A DNA stretch of 64,000 nt, taken from positions 192,001-256,000 of the forward strand of contig CAVPSB010000016.1 of NCBI GenBank assembly GCA_963708025.1, written 5' to 3'. Within the stretch, counting starts at the first letter, position 1, and every line of letters starts with the position of its first letter. The notes under the pieces were generated by a model that worked only from the letters and a program-made list of their open reading frames with translations, made no database searches and was not told the DNA's origin. Below, one piece after another: positions 51,555 to 62,777 of this stretch. The position numbers were made by a program, and so were the translations under genes. Source of the stretch: an uncultured Candidatus Rokubacteria bacterium (GTDB lineage Bacteria; Methylomirabilota; Methylomirabilia; Rokubacteriales; DASRDR01).

Positions 51555-52559
51555 CTATGCGAGCTTCACCTTGAGGGCCTCGAGGACGGCGGCGATCGGA
51601 TTGGCGTACGTCAGCCCCTTGCCGTTGGACCCGCCGTGGTCGCCGCCCGCAAAGAGGAGCGCGGCCGCCAGCATCTGGTCGTCGACAATGAGCGAGCCGC
51701 TGTCCCCGGCGTCGCTGAACGACCTGCTCCCCGCGCCCTCGATCTCGATCTGGTTGTCGAAAGAGATCACGCCGATGTCGTACTCGACCGCCACCCCATC
51801 CAGCTCGAACGCGGTGACCCGCCCATGGCGCACGCCCGTCGTGCGCCCGACCTTGTGCACGACGTCGCCCACCTGCAGGTCGCTGCCGCGCTGGCCGGCG
51901 AGGGTGCCGATCCCCTTCAGCTTGTGCACGTCGGCCTGGATCGCCGCGTTCAGCTTCGCGATGGCGCAATCGACGAAGTTCGTCTGCCCGGGATCGAGCC
52001 GGACGAACCGGGTGAGCTTGGCCACGCGGTCCGCCGTCGGGCTGCCGCCATCCAGCGCGCCGGGCTGGACGATGGGCCTGCCCTTGGGATACCGGTTCTC
52101 GTCCGCCAGGACGTGGTTGTTCGAGAGGATGTACAGCGCGCTCGACGACCCGGACCGGACGAAGCACCCCAGCGTGCCGGCCATGATGAACCCGCTGGCC
52201 AGGAACCCCGTGGACGACCCGATGAGCAGCGGGCGCTGCTTCGATCGGTACCACGGCTTGGCGCGGGCGCGGATACGGCCCACGTACCGCACGTCCACCT
52301 CGCCCTTGGCCCTGGCCGCGATCCTGTCCACCAGCTCGCTCTTCTCCAGCGCACGGTCCTGCAGGCGGACCGCCAGCCGATAGTTCTTCTTCCCCCGCGC
52401 CGAGACCCCCAGGAAGTAGCTCGGGGTCTCGCGGCTCAGCGATGCCGCGCGAGCGACCGCGAGGCTGGCAGTCCTGCCGGCCGCGGCTCGGACCGCGAAC
52501 GTCCTGTTCAGCTCAGCCGGGAGCGACTGTTTGAGCTCACGAACCGAAGCGAGCCTCAT
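51555..52559 (-). CDS. Nal1-like trypsin-fold serine protease
   Basis: GTLGCFV, SNNHV (His), VDCAIA (Asp), KVGRTTG, GDSGS (Ser); no signal peptide. Confidence 0.85.
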   Translation of the reverse strand: MRLASVRELKQSLPAELNRTFAVRAAAGRTASLAVARAASLSRETPSYFLGVSARGKKNYRLAVRLQDRALEKSELVDRIAARAKGEVDVRYVGRIRARAKPWYRSKQRPLLIGSSTGFLASGFIMAGTLGCFVRSGSSSALYILSNNHVLADENRYPKGRPIVQPGALDGGSPTADRVAKLTRFVRLDPGQTNFVDCAIAKLNAAIQADVHKLKGIGTLAGQRGSDLQVGDVVHKVGRTTGVRHGRVTAFELDGVAVEYDIGVISFDNQIEIEGAGSRSFSDAGDSGSLIVDDQMLAAALLFAGGDHGGSNGKGLTYANPIAAVLEALKVKLA

Positions 52560-52722
52560 AGGACCTCCTCTTGCCCGCCACGTTCAGCGACCGCCACGCG
52601 CAGCGGGCGCCCACCGGGCTCTAGATGTTGAGAGGGAGGGTGCGAGATGCTCATCGTCGAACACTATCGTACTGCCATGTGAACTCACCTGAGGCCTTCG
52701 GGATCCTGGCCACCGGTCAGCC

Positions 52723-53886
52723 TCACTTTCCCTCGATCTTGAACTTCGGCATGACCTCGCGCGCGAACCAGCGAAACTGCTCGAGCATGACGGCCTGGGG
52801 CGTGCCCAGGCTGGTGCTCACGTTGACGTGCTGCAGCCCCGGGTACCGGGACTGGAGGTCCTGGAGGTAAGCGACCAGCTCCTCGGGCGGGCCCGCGAAC
52901 CACGCGCCCGTCTTCATGTAGTGCTCGACGGTGGGCACGCCGGCGGCGTCCCAGCCGCCGCGACGCGCGGCGGCCTCGACCTGAGCGGGCTGGATGCCCG
53001 GCACGAAGCCGAGCGGGGCGAACATCTTCACGTGCTCCTCGTAGAACGGCGTGATCTCGCGGACGGCCCGCTCGCGCGACTCGGCGAGGTGGAAGAAGAT
53101 GCCGAGGCACAGGTTCTCGCCGAGGGCGAGCGTACGCCCGGCGCGGGCGGCGGCCTCGCGGTAGCCGTGGATCGGGCCCTCTCTCATCGTCGCGGCGCCG
53201 CCGCCGATGACGCCCCTGATGTCGTGGCGCACCATGAAGTCGAGCCCGCGCGCGCTCGCGCTCACGATGGGCTGCCAGCACTCCACCGGCCGGTGGACCG
53301 GGCGCGGCACCAGCGTGAGCTCGCGCAGCTCGTAGCCCCGGTAGGGCACGGCCGGCGGCAGCGTGTAGTGCTTGCCGTGGTGGGAGAACGACTCCTGGTT
53401 GAACGCCTTGAAGATGATCTCGACCTGCTCCTCGAACAGCTCGCGGTTGGCCTCGGCGTCGAGCATGGGGGCGCCGAAGGTCTCCACCTCGCGGGTGTGG
53501 TAGCCGCGGCCCACGCCGAAGATCACCCGCCCGCCGGTGAGGATGTCGGCGGTGGCGAAGTCCTCGGCGAGGCGCAGCGGGTGCCACATGGGCGTGATGT
53601 TGAAGCCGCACCCGATCCGGATCTGGCGCGTGATGTGCGCCAGGTGCACCGCCGACATGAGGATGTTCGGCAGGCATTCGTACCCTTCGTGCTGGAAGTG
53701 GTGCTCGGCCAGCCAGATCGCGTGGTAGCCGAGCTCGTCCATGGTGGTGGCGACGGCGTCGGTCTTCGCGAACACCGACGCCAGGTGCTCGTTGGAATAG
53801 CGCCGCTCGTTGGCGGGCGTGGCCAGCTGCCCCATGTCGGGCAGATCCACGTGGCCGGGGTACACCGTGGCGAACTTGGTGATCAT
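52723..53886 (-). CDS. LLM-class flavin-dependent oxidoreductase
   Basis: WLAEHHFQ, HPLRLAED, GVGRGY. Confidence 0.9.
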   Translation of the reverse strand: MITKFATVYPGHVDLPDMGQLATPANERRYSNEHLASVFAKTDAVATTMDELGYHAIWLAEHHFQHEGYECLPNILMSAVHLAHITRQIRIGCGFNITPMWHPLRLAEDFATADILTGGRVIFGVGRGYHTREVETFGAPMLDAEANRELFEEQVEIIFKAFNQESFSHHGKHYTLPPAVPYRGYELRELTLVPRPVHRPVECWQPIVSASARGLDFMVRHDIRGVIGGGAATMREGPIHGYREAAARAGRTLALGENLCLGIFFHLAESRERAVREITPFYEEHVKMFAPLGFVPGIQPAQVEAAARRGGWDAAGVPTVEHYMKTGAWFAGPPEELVAYLQDLQSRYPGLQHVNVSTSLGTPQAVMLEQFRWFAREVMPKFKIEGK

Positions 53887-54095
53887 CGCCGCTCCTCGAG
53901 AAGCCGGCCGCTGGCGCTCGCCACCGCGGTCTGCTCCCCATCCTGGTTCCCGCACCACACGTTGACCACGACGCGCGTCGCGCCGTCCTCGGATCGCATC
54001 TCCTTCACGACGCCGTGCACGGTGAGGCGGTCGCCGGCGTAGACGGGCTTGATGAAGGTCAGGAGTCGAAGGTCAGCCTCTTTGAACTCCGTCAT
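53883..54095 (-). pseudogene. MaoC-like dehydratase C-terminal fragment
   Basis: FIKPVYAGD...NQDGE. Confidence 0.6.
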
Positions 54096-54423
54096 CGATG
54101 ACCTCGTGTCGCCGCGATCTTCGGGCGTGGCTGGAGTCTAGCACGGTGGGACAATGGTAGCCTCCCGGGAGGAAGTGCGTGATGCCAGCCAAAGCCCGGA
54201 GGAGATTGATCCGCGGAGGCGTCGTTGACGCAGAGCCCAAGCCGACCTGGCCGGCCGCTCGCGTGAACGACACTCCCGGCCAGGGGCGGCGTTGATGCGG
54301 CGCGCGCTTCAGCTGGACGTTCTTGGGCGCCGACAAGGACAACGACGGTCCAGAGGTCATCGCCCACGACGGTGGGGGGCGGGTGCGGCGCAGGCACGCC
54401 GCGGGGCGGAAGCGCCGAAGGGT

Positions 54424-56263
54424 CTAGCCGGCGAGGTCGGCGAGGCCGAGGGCGCGGAGGCGCTCCGGGGTGGGGACGCCGTGCGCGTCCCAGCCCCGCA
54501 GCGCGTAGTAGGCGTCGAGCATCGCGTTCAGCTCGGCGGGCGGGCAGTACATCCCGGCCGAGGGGCCGTCGGGGATGGGCTCGTGCATCACCTTCCAGGG
54601 CAGCGCGTCGTGCTCGCGGCGGACGCCCTCCCGCACGTTGAAGCAGCGCTCCAGGTTGACGATCCGCTCCCCCACCCGCTCCAGCTCGGCGGCGTCCACG
54701 TCCCAGCCGGTGACGGCCGAGACGAGGCCGGCGTAGGCGTCGTTGACGAAGAGCCCGAAGCCCCGCTCCGAGGTGAAGCGGCACATGACGAGGCTGTCGT
54801 CCACGGCGGTGAAGTGTTGGCTCTTGATGGCGAAGGCCGGCTTGTCCTCGGTCGAGCGGCGGTCGAAGCCCGGGGCGTACTGGGGGGTCGGCCGGGTGTC
54901 GTGGTGGCTCCCGCCCCGGGTGGCGGTGGCGTAGCCGATCGACATGCCCTTGAGCGCCCGCGCCGAGTGGGCGGGGAGCTCCAGCCCCTTGACCTCGTAG
55001 GGAAGCCGCTCGGCCCCCTGCCCGATCTCGGCGGCCAGCCGCCGGGAGCCCTCGGCCAGGCGGTTGCCGAACCCCTCGCGGCGCGCCGTCTGCTCGATCA
55101 GCCGGATCATGCCCGTCGTGATCGCCCCAGCCGAACGGCAGGCCGACATCGGCCGGCTTCAGGAGGCCCCGCTCCAGGCACTCGGCGACGAAGGCCAGCG
55201 TGACCCCCATCGAGATCGAGTCGAGCCCGAGCAGGTCGCACAGGATGTTGGCCTGGATGAGGCTCGGCGCGTTGGCGTTGCCGAGCATCGAGCCGAAGGC
55301 GAAGAGGGTCTCGTACTCCGGCATCTTCCCGCGGACGCCGCCGTACACCGGGACGTCGGCCGGCACCGCGAACTGCTTCCCGCAGGCGACCGGGCACTTG
55401 AGGCAGGTGGTGTCCCGGTCGTGGTAGTGCTCCTTGAGCGAGTGGCCGTCGATCAGCTCGGCCTGGGCGAAGACCTCCTGCTTGAGGTTGTAGGCGCCGA
55501 GCCCGCCCAGCGCGTTGATGGGGCCGGTGAGGAACGGGGTGCCGTAGAGGGAGAGGTTGGCGGTCCCCTTCTTCATCGGCTCCCGGGTCTCCTCGATCAG
55601 CTTCTTCAGGCGGGCCGGGTCGGCCACGGCGGTCTTCCGGGTCCCGGCGACGGAGATCGCCTTCAGGTTCTTGGCGCCGAAGACCGCGCCGATCCCCCCG
55701 CGCCCCGCCACTCCCTCCCGGTTCTTCCAGTAGTGGGCGAGACAGGCGTAGCGCACCCGGTGCTCCCCGGCCGGGCCGATCGCCAGCGCGTCGGCGTCCG
55801 CGCCCTCCGCCGCCTGGACCGCCTCCACGGTCTCCCGCGTGGTCCGCCCCCACATGGCCCGGGCGTCGCGGAGCGTCGCGCCGGTCTCGTTGACGGCGAG
55901 GTAGACCGGGTGCGGCGCCCGGCCGGTGATCAGCACGGCGTCGAAGCCGGTGCGCTTGAAGGTCGCCGGGAAGCGGCCCCCGAAGGTCGAGTCGAAGAAG
56001 AGCCCGGTCAGCGGCGACTTGGTGGCGATGCAGGCGCGGCTGTTCCCCGGCACCAGGGTGTCGGTGATCGGGCCGACGCCGAGCGCGACCGCGTTCGCCG
56101 GGTCGTAAGGGTCGACGCCCGCCGGCACCGCGTCCCAGAGGAGGCGCGCGGCCAGGCCGTTCCCGCCGAGGACCGCGCGCGCGGTCGCCGCGTCGAGTGG
56201 CCGGATCTCGCTCGCGCCCGTGCCCAGGTCCACGTGAAGGATGCGCTCGCCGTAGCCGTGCAT
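54424..56263 (-). CDS. Aldehyde:ferredoxin oxidoreductase (W/Mo-pterin), frameshift ~55115
   Basis: KSPLTG, GRGGIGAVFGAKNLKAI, CxxCPVAC, PEYET, GLDSIS, YY..RGWD. Confidence 0.92.
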
Positions 56264-56270
56264 GGCCTCC

Positions 56271-56328
56271 ACTATCGGTGTCGTCCCCGGGGCTGTCAAG
56301 GCGCGGGTGCACAGTTTCCTGTGCACCC
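56271..56328 (-). promoter_or_regulatory. AOR promoter with upstream palindromic operator
   Basis: TTGACA-17 nt-GATAGT; perfect inverted repeat GGGTGCACAG-N4-CTGTGCACCC at 56305-56328. Confidence 0.6.
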
Positions 56329-56500
56329 TGCACATTCTTCCTTTCACCATCGGATGACGAGTAGTCGCCGCAATCCCACGCCGATCCGCGGTGTCCCGCG
56401 ATCGCGGCCCCTGGCCGGATTTTTGCTCGGGCCCTCGGTCGCACCTGGCCTCACGGCCGGGTGGTGACTCCAGGCCCGATTCACCGGGGAGGGTCCCGCG

Positions 56501-57727
56501 ATGACATCGGCCGCTCGGATCGCCTCTGCCGCTCTCTTCGTCCTCGCGCTCACGCCGCCGGCTCCGCTCCGGGCCGAGCCGCTCGCCCCTGTCTTCGGCC
56601 CGAAGCAGTTCGTGCGCGAGCGCGGCCGGCCCGATCGGGCCACGGAGCACTTTCCCGCCTGCCGCCCCGATCGGACCTTCCGACTGCAGCTCGAGAACGG
56701 TCCCGGGCCCCGCCACCGCGTTGACGAGGCGGAGATCCGCCTCAACGGCGTCACGGTGGTCCACTCGCGCGACTTTCACCACCGGGATCACCACCATCGG
56801 GATGCGGTGATCGAGCGGCGGGTGACCCTGCGGGCCGAGAACACGCTCAGCGTCAAGCTCGACGGGCGCCCGGGCAGCGCGGTGAGCGTGCGCATCGTCG
56901 CGAAGACGCCGTGCCTGGAGGTGTCGCTCACCTCCCCCGAGGCCGGCGCCACGCTGGACTCCCCGCTGGCCCTGGTCGAGGGCGTGGTTCGTGGCGCGGC
57001 GGACGCCACCGTCGCCGTCAACGGCGTCCCCGCCGCCGTCCAGGGCGAGCGGTTCACGGCGCTGATTCCCGTCGACCCCGCGATGACCGAGGTCGTGGCG
57101 GTCGCGACGGCCCCCGACGGCATCACGGCGGACGCTCGCCGGTCCGTGACCGTGGTGCAGGCGCCCGAGCCCCGCCTGGTGTTCCGAGCCGTGCCCGCCG
57201 CGGGACCGCCGCCGCTCAGCGTGCGCTTCGTCATGGCAACGGAGCTCCCGGTCACCCAGGTCGTCCTGGACCTCGGCGACGGCCGGAGCGTGACGAACCC
57301 GGTCCTGGATTCGGAGCTGTTCGAGTACGCGCAGCCCGGGCGCTATGCCCCGCGGCTCACCGTGACCGACTCCTCCGGCGCCACCAGCACCGCCACCGCC
57401 GTCGTGGAGGTCGTCGATCGGGCCGCCTTCGACGCGGCTTTGCAGGTCCAGTGGAGCGGGCTGAAGGACGCGCTGCGTCAAGGCGACCTCAACGGCGCCC
57501 TGGGCGCCATCGCCACCGGTGCCCGGGACCTCTACCGGGAGCTGCTCGGCGCCCTGACCGTCCCGCTGAGCCAGATCGATCAGGTTCTGACCGACATCGC
57601 CCTCGTGGATTTCGACGAAATTCAGGCCGAGTACGAGATGCTCCGGGTCGACAATGGCGTCGCGATGTCGTACCTCGTCCTGTTCACCCGGGACGCGGAC
57701 GGGGTCTGGCGGCTCAGGTTCTTCTGA
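56501..57727 (+). CDS. Secreted Ig-like/PKD protein with C-terminal alpha/beta domain
   Basis: Signal peptide; GPPPLSVRF..DLGDG..Y.QPGRY (PKD-like); C-terminal FTRDADGVWRL. Confidence 0.75.
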   Translation: MTSAARIASAALFVLALTPPAPLRAEPLAPVFGPKQFVRERGRPDRATEHFPACRPDRTFRLQLENGPGPRHRVDEAEIRLNGVTVVHSRDFHHRDHHHRDAVIERRVTLRAENTLSVKLDGRPGSAVSVRIVAKTPCLEVSLTSPEAGATLDSPLALVEGVVRGAADATVAVNGVPAAVQGERFTALIPVDPAMTEVVAVATAPDGITADARRSVTVVQAPEPRLVFRAVPAAGPPPLSVRFVMATELPVTQVVLDLGDGRSVTNPVLDSELFEYAQPGRYAPRLTVTDSSGATSTATAVVEVVDRAAFDAALQVQWSGLKDALRQGDLNGALGAIATGARDLYRELLGALTVPLSQIDQVLTDIALVDFDEIQAEYEMLRVDNGVAMSYLVLFTRDADGVWRLRFF

Positions 57728-57764
57728 GGCCGGCCAGCCCGTTCGCCAAGGGGAGGGAGACGAG

Positions 57765-58600
57765 ATGCCGTCGGACAGCCTGAGGGTTGGCACCGGAGTC
57801 CCTGCGCGCCACGAGCGGCGCCAGGCCAGGGCACCAGGGCTTCTGCTCGCCGCCCTGGTGCTGCTGCTCCTCGGCCGGCCCGACGCGCTGGCCGCGGCGC
57901 CGGCCTGCCCGCCCTTCGCGCTCGAGAAGAGCTGGCTGGTCATCTTCGACGGGGGGAAGTCCAGCCCCGCGCAGCGCCGCGCGCTCGAGGACAGCGGCGT
58001 CGTCCGGGGCCTCCCGGTCGGCCTCTGGCCCCCGAGCGGCCCCGCCCCGCTCACGGTGGGCCTGGTCTGGATCGCGCGGGAGGAGCGCGCGCAGTCCGTG
58101 GAGATGGACGCCGACGGCGACGGGGTGCCGGAGGTGGTCGACACCCGCGACGAGGCCTTCGGTCACACCTACCAGAAGCCGGGGCACTACCCGGCGACCA
58201 TCCGCGTCCGCGACGCGCAGGGCGAGGTCCGGACCTTCAAGAGCCCGGTCACCGTGCTCACCCCCGCCGCCTTCGACGCCCAGCTCCAGGGCCTCTGGGC
58301 CGCGCTCAAGGAGGCCGTGCGCCGGGGCGACTTCGAAGCCGCGCTCGAGTGCGTGGCCAGCCCAGGACCGCCCGCGCACCGACGGGCTGCTGCGCTCGCT
58401 GCCGCGGGCCGACCTGGAGAAGGCGCTGCCCGCGATCCGCTTCGTCGAGTTCCGCGTCGTCCAGGCGGTCTACGCGAGCGTCCGCCCGCCGGACTGGGGC
58501 AAGGGCCCCCTGCCGGTGCCGCTCGAGGTCCGCTTCGCGCCCGACATGGATGCCGTCTGGCGGATCACCCGGATCCAGGCTCAAGGAGGCCGACCAATGA
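57765..58600 (+). CDS. PKD-like protein paralogous to the upstream gene's C-terminus (frameshifted)
   Basis: GPAPLTV, HTYQKPGHY, FDAQLQGLWAALKEAVRRGD, FAPDMDAVWRI. Confidence 0.65.
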
Positions 58601-59115
58601 CCCGGCGGCGTGGCGTCTTCCTGGCCGTCCTCCTCGCAGCGATGAGCCTCGCGGGCTGGATCGACCCGGCCGCGGCGGCCGGCCCCTGGCGCGGCCAGGT
58701 CGTCGACGCCGAGACCGGCAAGCCGCTGGAAGGCGTCGTCGTCCTGGCGCAGTGGGACAAGCTCTCCCCGGGGCGATCCACCGCGGCTCGCGACTTCTAC
58801 GACGTGGACGAAGTCGTGACGGACGCCGACGGCCGCTTCGTGATCCCGGCGCGCCGCGTGCTCACCGTCAATCCCTTCGTGAGCCTCGACGGCCCGATCC
58901 TCCACATGTTCAAGCCAGGCTACGGACCAGGGCTGGAGCAGGGTTTGCCACAATACTCAGACATCGACGACGTCCGTCGTTTGATGGAGACGCAAGGCGT
59001 GGTCTTCGCGATGACGCCCCTCAAGACTTGGGCGGAGCGCCGAAGGTCATTGCCGCCGCTTCCAGTCGATGGTTCCCGACGCACTGATGCCTCGGATTCA
59101 CCGCGCCATCGATGA
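58597..59115 (+). CDS. Secreted carboxypeptidase-regulatory-like domain protein
   Basis: Signal peptide; GQVVDAETGKPLEGVVV, TDADGRF, FKPGY. Confidence 0.75.
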   Translation: MTRRRGVFLAVLLAAMSLAGWIDPAAAAGPWRGQVVDAETGKPLEGVVVLAQWDKLSPGRSTAARDFYDVDEVVTDADGRFVIPARRVLTVNPFVSLDGPILHMFKPGYGPGLEQGLPQYSDIDDVRRLMETQGVVFAMTPLKTWAERRRSLPPLPVDGSRRTDASDSPRHR

Positions 59116-59172
59116 ATGAACGGAGATTCCTCCGGTCCTCGCCCTAAAGAGTCGCGCTGGAGGGCCAAGTCC

Positions 59173-61470
59173 ATGAAGACGGTCATGGGTCGGCATACTG
59201 TTAGCTACTTCGCCCTTGCTGAACGCCCCGGCTTGTTTTCGGCGTACGATCTTCAAGCTCACGCGGCCATCACCGCCGTCGCAATCCCAGTAGTTTGATT
59301 CTCGTCGTGGACCAAGTTCTACTCCAGTTGGGTTCTGCCGGATGGCGCCGGCACCAAGTTCGGCAACAGTGAGATGGGAGTCAGAACAGCCCGGAACTGG
59401 ATCCAGGATTCGGCGCTGCGAGCGAGGACATACCAGACATCCGGGTTGTGAATCACTTTCACAACCCGCTCGCCAACGACTTGGAGCGGTGGCCGGTCTT
59501 CGCGTCCTCGGCACTCAGCCGGGCCAGTCTTCCGTCATCTGGCAGCAGAATCCGCGCAGAGCACGGGGACGGGCGGCGATAGTGGAACGTGGTCGTGGCC
59601 GACGCCCGGCAATGCTACTTCGAAGCCCTCACCTCTCGGAGCGAGGCCGAGCGGAACAGCGCCTTCGCACGGCTCTTCCGCTCCCTCGGCCAGGTGATGC
59701 ATCTGCGTCCAGGACGCCTCGCTCCCCGCTCACACTCGGAACGACCCGCATCTCTACAAGGTGGTGTTCGGCCTGGACCTCGGCAACCCCGACCGCTACG
59801 AACGGTGGGTGGACAAGCTCAAGTCGAACCGAGCTCGCGGCCCGTCCTCGAGTCGGCCCCCCGTCCACCCGTCCGAGCGCGTGTTCTCCCGGATCGGCAC
59901 GACCGCGACGGATCGACCGGGCCGCCGCCCCGGCGCCGGTCTCCGCGCTCATCGACACCGGCCAGTACGATGGCACGAATCCAGATGTGACCGCCACCCC
60001 GTCCGATGGGCGACCGGTCATCGGGCTGGCCGAGTACTCGAACGCCAACTTCTTCTCCAACGACACCATCTTCGCCGACACCCCGGCGCTGTTCGGCGTC
60101 CGCCCCTTCCCTTCCAGCCAGAGCCTGGAGCTCGGGCCCCTCGAGCCGGCTCCGGGCGCACGGGGCTGGCAGCGGCGCTACATCCTGAAGGCGCGCCATG
60201 GCGACACGATGGTCAGCGATCCCTCGGGCGCGACGCGCCGTTATCGCCTCGCCCTCCCCGGCGCCCTCTACGACTACCTTCCCGACGCCGTCAAGGCGCG
60301 CGACTCCACGATCGACGAGAAGGTGCTCGAGGACTACGCCGCTCTGCTGCTCCCCCGTGCGGTTGGCTACTCGACCGCGCTGATCGACCACTTCTTCCGC
60401 GGCCAGCTCGAGGCCTACTTCGTTCCCGTCGCGGGAGCCTTGCGCCCGGCGCTGCGGATCGTCAATCGCGCGGACGGCGAGCGCCTCGCGGGCACCTTCA
60501 GCCTCCACTACGACGCCCCCGACGGTATCCGGGTCCGTCTCGGCGGCTGGGACAACATCGGCCTCGCCCCGGGCGCCGCCTCCGCCCCGCTCGCCGTCCC
60601 CGACTTCTCGCCCTCCGAGCCCCCGCCCGCCGAGCCGGGCCGCTACCTGCTCGTCTTCCGCGGCCACTTCGGCGACGAGCCCGACGCCGTCGTCGCCACC
60701 CCGCTCGACGCCCGGGTCTGGACCCTGGAGTCCTCCGTGTTCCAGCGGGAGCGCTCCGGTCTCGTCACCGGCTATCCCTACTTCACCTCCTGGCTGCTGG
60801 ACACGAAACCCCAGCTGAACACCTACGCTTCGCTCTACGATCCCATGGACTCTCTTCGACGGCACCGCCCTCCGTCTCTTCGCCGGCAATGGCGCTTCGG
60901 AGAAGCCTCGAATACCTCTTCCAGTGTGAAGGCGACAACTACGTCCCCTTCATCTCGAGCACGCTCCCCGGTCACGGCTTCAGCTACGCCGCGTGGTATC
61001 GGGGTCCCGCCGCCTTCCGCCCCACGACCGTGCGGCTGCTCGGCACCGGGAGGGTCGAGACGCTGGTTCCCGAGGGCCAGGGCTACACCAGCATCTACGG
61101 CCCGGCCGTCCTCGATGTCGTACGCTTCAGGCCGCCTGAGTCCCCGGGCGAGCTTCAGGGTTACTCCGCCCTCAATCCTCCGACGGTCGAGGCCGTCCTT
61201 GCCTCTTTCTCCGTCGAGAGCATCGACCCGATCGATCTCGGGACCATCGACTTGGGCGACGCCCCGTTCATCGGAATCCGCCTCCGTTCAGTCCCCCTCG
61301 GGGAGCCGGCGCGCCTGAGCACCTCCGGCGCGGGCGGTTTCCTCGACTCCATCTGCTTTCACCAGATCCTGCTCCGCTACGGGCCAATCTCCGGCATCCA
61401 CTACGGTGGCTTCTTCGCCAACAGCGCGGTCGGCTGGGTTGACATGCAGATCCTGCCCGGCGCCCAGTAG
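59173..61470 (+). CDS. Large protein with N-terminal Zn-dependent PLC/P1-nuclease-like domain (multiple frameshifts)
   Basis: AY...H..IT, VNHFHNP, LGQVMHL.QD..PAHTRNDPH, YERW, then GLAEYSNANF and LLPRAVGYS. Confidence 0.65.
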
Positions 61471-61524
61471 AGACTGTTTCACGCCAGGCGGCAGCACGCG
61501 ACGGCGGTCCCGCGCCGCCAGGCT

Positions 61525-62626
61525 TCAGGCCATCACCACGATGGCGCGGCCGGTGATCTCGCCGCGGTCGAGGGCGCGGTAGGCCTCCTCGGCCTGGTCG
61601 AGGCGGTAGCGGCGCGTGATGGGCTGGGTCACGCTGATGCGGCCGCTGGCCGCCAGGGCGATGAGCTGCGGCATGTCCCGGCGGACCCGGGCGCCGTAGG
61701 AGCCCTGGAGCCGGATCCCGCGCCGGACGAGGTGCGTGATCTCGATCGGCGCCGCCGTCTGGCCGGGCGCGATCCCGATGACGACGGCGCGGCCGCCGTC
61801 CCGCACCATGCGGAACGCCGCGGCCACCGTCTCGGCCCGGCCCAGCGCCTCGAAGGCGACATCGACGCCTTCCCCGCCGGTCAGCCGCCGCACCTCCGCC
61901 ACGGCGTCGCCGGCCGCGGCGTTCACCCCGTCGGTGGCCCCGAGCGCCCGGGCCGCCTCGAGCTTCTCGGCCCGGACGTCCACCGCGATGATGCGGGCGG
62001 CGCCGGCCACGGCGCGCGAGCTGGATCACGTTGGAGCCGACCCCGCCCGTCCCGACGACCGCCACCGTCTCCGCCGGGCGGAGCGCCGCCTGGTGGGTCA
62101 CGGCGCCGTAGGCCGTCATGATGGCGCAGCCGAGGATGCAGGCCGCCTCCAGCGGGAGCCCGGCCGGGACGCGGAAGACGTCGGTGGCCGGCACCACGCA
62201 GTACTCGGCCAGCCCGGCCATGCTGTACATGGCGAGCGGGCTCCCGTCGGCGCGCTGGAGCCGGCTCTCGCCGTCGTAGAGCACGCCCTTGAGCCGGTTC
62301 AGCGCGAAGAACGGCTCGCAGAGATCGTCCCGCCCTTCGACGCAGAACCGGCAGCGCCCGCACGGCATGATGAACGAGGCCACCACCGGGGCGCCGGCCT
62401 CGAGGCCGGTGACCCCGGGGCCCACCGCCTCGACGAGGCCGGAGACCTCGTGGCCGAGCACGGCGGGGACCGGGAAGCGGACTTCTCCCTTCATCACGTG
62501 GAGATCGGTGTGGCAGACGCCGCAGGCGCGGACCCGGAGCAGCACCTCGCCGATCCGCGGCTTGGGCGCGGGGATCTCCTCGATCGCGAGCGGAGCCCCG
62601 ACCGCGGGCAGGACGGCAGCCTTCAT
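61525..62626 (-). CDS. Zn-dependent alcohol dehydrogenase (frameshift ~62012)
   Basis: GVCHTD, LGHE, CGRCRFC, GTGGVG. Confidence 0.9.
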
Positions 62627-62682
62627 GAGAACCTCCTCATCTTTCCTGGCGGTTTGCCCCAGCCTAGATGACCCGAAGGCTC

Positions 62683-62711
62683 TTGACAATCCGTGGCAAG
62701 CGGGTCGTAAT
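62683..62711 (+). promoter_or_regulatory. sigma70-type promoter
   Basis: TTGACA-17 nt-CGTAAT upstream of the SBP gene. Confidence 0.55.
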
Positions 62712-62777
62712 TGGTCCCACCGGCTGTACCCAGACTCCTCAACCCCGACCCCCGGTATCCATGGAGGAACACCAACG

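Noticed and set aside
54092-58144. 1350-aa minus-strand ORF
   Set aside because: Antisense shadow of the PKD genes running into AOR and then out of frame; typical of high GC
57787-59115. Fusion of the PKD paralogue with the DAETGKP protein
   Set aside because: An RBS, an ATGA overlap and a new signal peptide at 58597 indicate separate genes in a frameshift-prone stretch
29664-62626. Frameshifts in hutU, the cyclase, AOR and ADH as programmed recoding or pseudogenisation
   Set aside because: Scattered 1-bp indels without slippery motifs in otherwise conserved genes fit sequencing error better; needs read polishing
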